NCBI GenBank assembly: GCA_030041175.1
Contig: JASHOK010000030.1
Location: 12,401-76,400, forward strand
Direction of reading: 5' to 3'
Source: Thermoplasmata archaeon
GTDB taxonomy: Archaea; Thermoplasmatota; Thermoplasmata; Lutacidiplasmatales; UBA184
DNA: 64,000 nt
The notes under the pieces were generated by a model, which did no database searches, was not told where the DNA came from, and saw only the letters and a program-made list of their open reading frames with translations. This document shows, piece by piece, positions 61,801-64,000 of this stretch (the first letter of the stretch is position 1; every line of letters starts with the position of its first letter). The position numbers and the translations under genes were made by a program.

Positions 61801-63003
61801 ATGCCGGGTCGGACTCTGTACCGAGACGCGGCACTGGCGGATGGGTCTGGACCCAACCTGAACGTCGGGGTGAGCATCCTCGTAGACGCCGGCCGCATCG
61901 TATGGATCCTGCCGACGGAAAACGAGCCGAAGGGAGATTCTGCCGCGAAGGTCATCGACGCCGGCGGAGCAACGGTGGTGCCCGGCCTCGTAGACTGCCA
62001 CAGCCACATCACGCTCCCCGGGGGTTCGCATTGGATCGACCGTGGGTCCGACCCCCCCGAGCGGCTGCTCGAAGAGGCCGAACTGAACGGAGAACTGCTG
62101 CGCCAGTCGGGCGTGCGTTGGGCCCGGGACGTCGGATCGCCGATTGCGCTCGATCCCAACGATGGTCGACGCCGCGGACTGGCGCTCGGCGTTCGGGACA
62201 GGTGGAAGAGCCGAACGGACCGACCGTATGTCCGAGCGGCCGGTACATGGGTGCAGCGAGCGGGAACGATTCCCGGAGGCGTTGCCGCCGAGGCGTCCAC
62301 GCCCGACGAACTTCTCTCGCTCAGCCAACAGCAGCTGGACGACGGCGCAGACCTCATCAAGCTCTATCTCGACGGCCCGAAGCCGGACGAGGCGCCGTGG
62401 ACTGGGGAGGATGTCCGGCGGGTCGTGGCCATGGCGCACGCTCGAAACGCCAAGGTGACCGCGCATTCCACGACATTGCCGGGCGCCCGGGTGTGCGTGG
62501 ACGGTGGCGTGGATTCCATCGAGCACGGAATGTCGTTGGACGAGGACGTAGCCCGACGGATGGTGGCCCAGGGCACGTTTCTCGTTTCCACTCTCGCCGT
62601 ATTTCGCTCCTGGGCGACGTTCGCACAGACCACGAACCAGGCGCGCTTCGTGTCCGACGAGGCGCGGAAGCGAATCGCTCAGCGGAGGGACGGGGCGTAC
62701 GAGAGCCTTCGGATCGCCCACCGAGCGGGAGTGAAGATCGCCACGGGTACGGACTTCGGTGGCGGCTCGCTCCGGGCGAATCAGCTGGCCTGGGAGGTCG
62801 AGGCGCTGGTCCAGGCAGGGCTACAGCCATGGGAAGCGTTGGCCTCCGCGACGCGCCGCGGCGGGGAACTGCTGGGAGAGGCAGATGCCGGCGTACTCCG
62901 TGCAGGGGGTCCCGCAGACTTCTTTCTGATCCATGGCGACCCTCTAACAGATCCCTCGGCCTTGTGGAGAGTCTGGCGGGTCGCCTGGGGCGTGCCCGAG
63001 TAG
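61801..63003 (+). CDS. Amidohydrolase superfamily metal-dependent hydrolase
   Basis: VVPGLVDCHSHITLPGG (HxH), VTAHS, SIEHG, ATGTDFGG (terminal Asp). Confidence 0.8.
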   Translation: MPGRTLYRDAALADGSGPNLNVGVSILVDAGRIVWILPTENEPKGDSAAKVIDAGGATVVPGLVDCHSHITLPGGSHWIDRGSDPPERLLEEAELNGELLRQSGVRWARDVGSPIALDPNDGRRRGLALGVRDRWKSRTDRPYVRAAGTWVQRAGTIPGGVAAEASTPDELLSLSQQQLDDGADLIKLYLDGPKPDEAPWTGEDVRRVVAMAHARNAKVTAHSTTLPGARVCVDGGVDSIEHGMSLDEDVARRMVAQGTFLVSTLAVFRSWATFAQTTNQARFVSDEARKRIAQRRDGAYESLRIAHRAGVKIATGTDFGGGSLRANQLAWEVEALVQAGLQPWEALASATRRGGELLGEADAGVLRAGGPADFFLIHGDPLTDPSALWRVWRVAWGVPE

Positions 63004-63081
63004 CAGCTGACCGGCTCGTCGGCCGGGGCCTGTGCGTGACTTAACAGGCGGTCGAGTATCCCGGGAGCGAGGCAGGCACCT

Positions 63082-64000
63082 ATGTCTTCGATTCTGCTGG
63101 ATGCCGCAGCGCGAGCGAACCGTTACTCGGAGACGTTACCCGCCCGGCGAGCTGCCCCGACTCCGGAGGCCGTCGCTGCGCTGGACCGCCTCACCGGGCC
63201 GATCTCCCCGGAAGGCATGCCGGAAGCCCGGGTCATTGCCGAACTCGACGAGATCGGTGGCCCGGCCGCCGTGGCAAACGCCGGTGGCCGATACTTCGGA
63301 TTCGTGATCGGTGGCGGGCTCCCAGTGTCTGTAGCTGCCAACTGGCTTGCCGGTGCGTGGAACCAGAACACGGCGATGGAGGTCATGTCCCCGGTCGGAG
63401 TTCGCCTGGAATGGACCGCGCTCGAGTGGATTCGAGATCTCGTGGGCCTGGGGCCGGAGGTGCGAGGGGCCTTTGTGACCGGCGACACAGTGGCGAACTG
63501 TACTGCCCTCCTGGCGGCCCGGCAGTCGGTGCTGGAGAGCGTCGGCCACGACGTCGCCCGGCAGGGCATGAGCGGTGCACCCCCCATCACGGTGATTGTC
63601 GGGGAAGAGGTCCACATCTCTGTCCTTCGGGCCATCGCCCTTCTCGGCCTAGGGCGGGATCGGGTGGTACGCGTGCCGGTAGATGACCAGGGCCGGATGG
63701 TCGCGAGCCGGCTTCCGGATCTGAACGGCCCGACTATCGTCTGCACCCAGGCGGGGAACGTGAACTCGGGCGCCTTTGACCCCGTACCGGACATCTGCCG
63801 GGCCGCGCACGCCGCAGGAGCCTGGGTCCATGTCGATGGTGCCTTCGGCCTCTGGGCTCGGGCGTCACCCCGATACCGGGGGCTGGCCGAGGGAGTCGAC
63901 TCGGCCGATTCGTGGGCGCTCGATTGCCACAAGTGGCTGAACGTGCCTTACGACAGCGGAGCAGTCTTCGTACGAAACTGGGCGGCACTGAGGGCGGCAG
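63082..64000 (+). CDS. Group II PLP-dependent decarboxylase (aspartate aminotransferase fold); 3' end runs off the window
   Basis: Own translation from ATG 63082: MSSILLDAAARANRYSETLP...RYFGFVIGGGLPVSVAANWLAGAWNQN...GAFVTGDTVANCTALLAAR...AWVHVDGAFGLWA...SWALDCHKWLNVPYDSG (PLP Lys in the HK context). The frame is open to the window end. The 269-aa minus ORF 63123..63932 is its shadow. Confidence 0.8.
   Translation, partial: MSSILLDAAARANRYSETLPARRAAPTPEAVAALDRLTGPISPEGMPEARVIAELDEIGGPAAVANAGGRYFGFVIGGGLPVSVAANWLAGAWNQNTAMEVMSPVGVRLEWTALEWIRDLVGLGPEVRGAFVTGDTVANCTALLAARQSVLESVGHDVARQGMSGAPPITVIVGEEVHISVLRAIALLGLGRDRVVRVPVDDQGRMVASRLPDLNGPTIVCTQAGNVNSGAFDPVPDICRAAHAAGAWVHVDGAFGLWARASPRYRGLAEGVDSADSWALDCHKWLNVPYDSGAVFVRNWAALRAA

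Noticed and set aside
1-64000. CRISPR arrays, rRNA genes, prophage or transposon signatures, toxin-antitoxin pairs and known defence systems.
   Set aside because: Reading both strands showed no regularly spaced direct repeats, no rRNA-like conserved stretches and no Cas, integrase, transposase, restriction or nuclease-NTPase defence-type gene sets. The window looks like core chromosome.

Overview
This is a high-GC window (about two-thirds G+C by eye, not computed) of densely packed chromosomal DNA. It is clearly archaeal. It carries a thermosome subunit, TFB, aIF5B, a Nog1-type GTPase, TruD, an aCPSF2-like beta-CASP nuclease, a GGPP-type cis-prenyltransferase, AT-rich TATA boxes about 25-35 nt upstream of start codons, and a tRNA with a bulge-helix-bulge intron. 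Gene content and the thermopsin-like surface repeats suggest a Thermoplasmatota-like lineage, but that is a low-confidence inference.

I support about 62 protein-coding genes and 2 tRNA genes. The window holds housekeeping and metabolic genes: glycine cleavage P-protein subunits, a PfkA-family phosphofructokinase with PPi-type signature residues, MtnA, NAD kinase plus IMPase, UppS and a tryptophanase-family lyase. It also has an unusually rich peptidase set: two M24, two S58/DmpA, one S53 sedolisin, one JAMM and one small HExxH protein. Transporters include TauE plus DUF1634, an MFS transporter, a ClC channel, and Dpp-type permeases with a giant PKD-containing binding protein.

Many genes are translationally coupled through ATGA, GTGA or TTGA overlaps, and many use GTG or TTG starts. 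I saw no CRISPR array, integrase, transposase or rRNA.

The observations I consider most worthwhile:
- A tRNA-Asp(GUC) interrupted by a 28-nt intron at the non-canonical position 59/60, with a textbook hBHBh' motif.
- A dead/active pair of KaiC/aRadC-like ATPases sitting directly upstream of the Y-family polymerase gene.
- The PPi-type PFK embedded in a five-gene overlapping operon.
- An IMPase-NADK-JAMM overlapping operon.
- An acyl-CoA ligase / PLP decarboxylase / VOC trio.

All functional calls come from motif recognition by eye. No database search was run.
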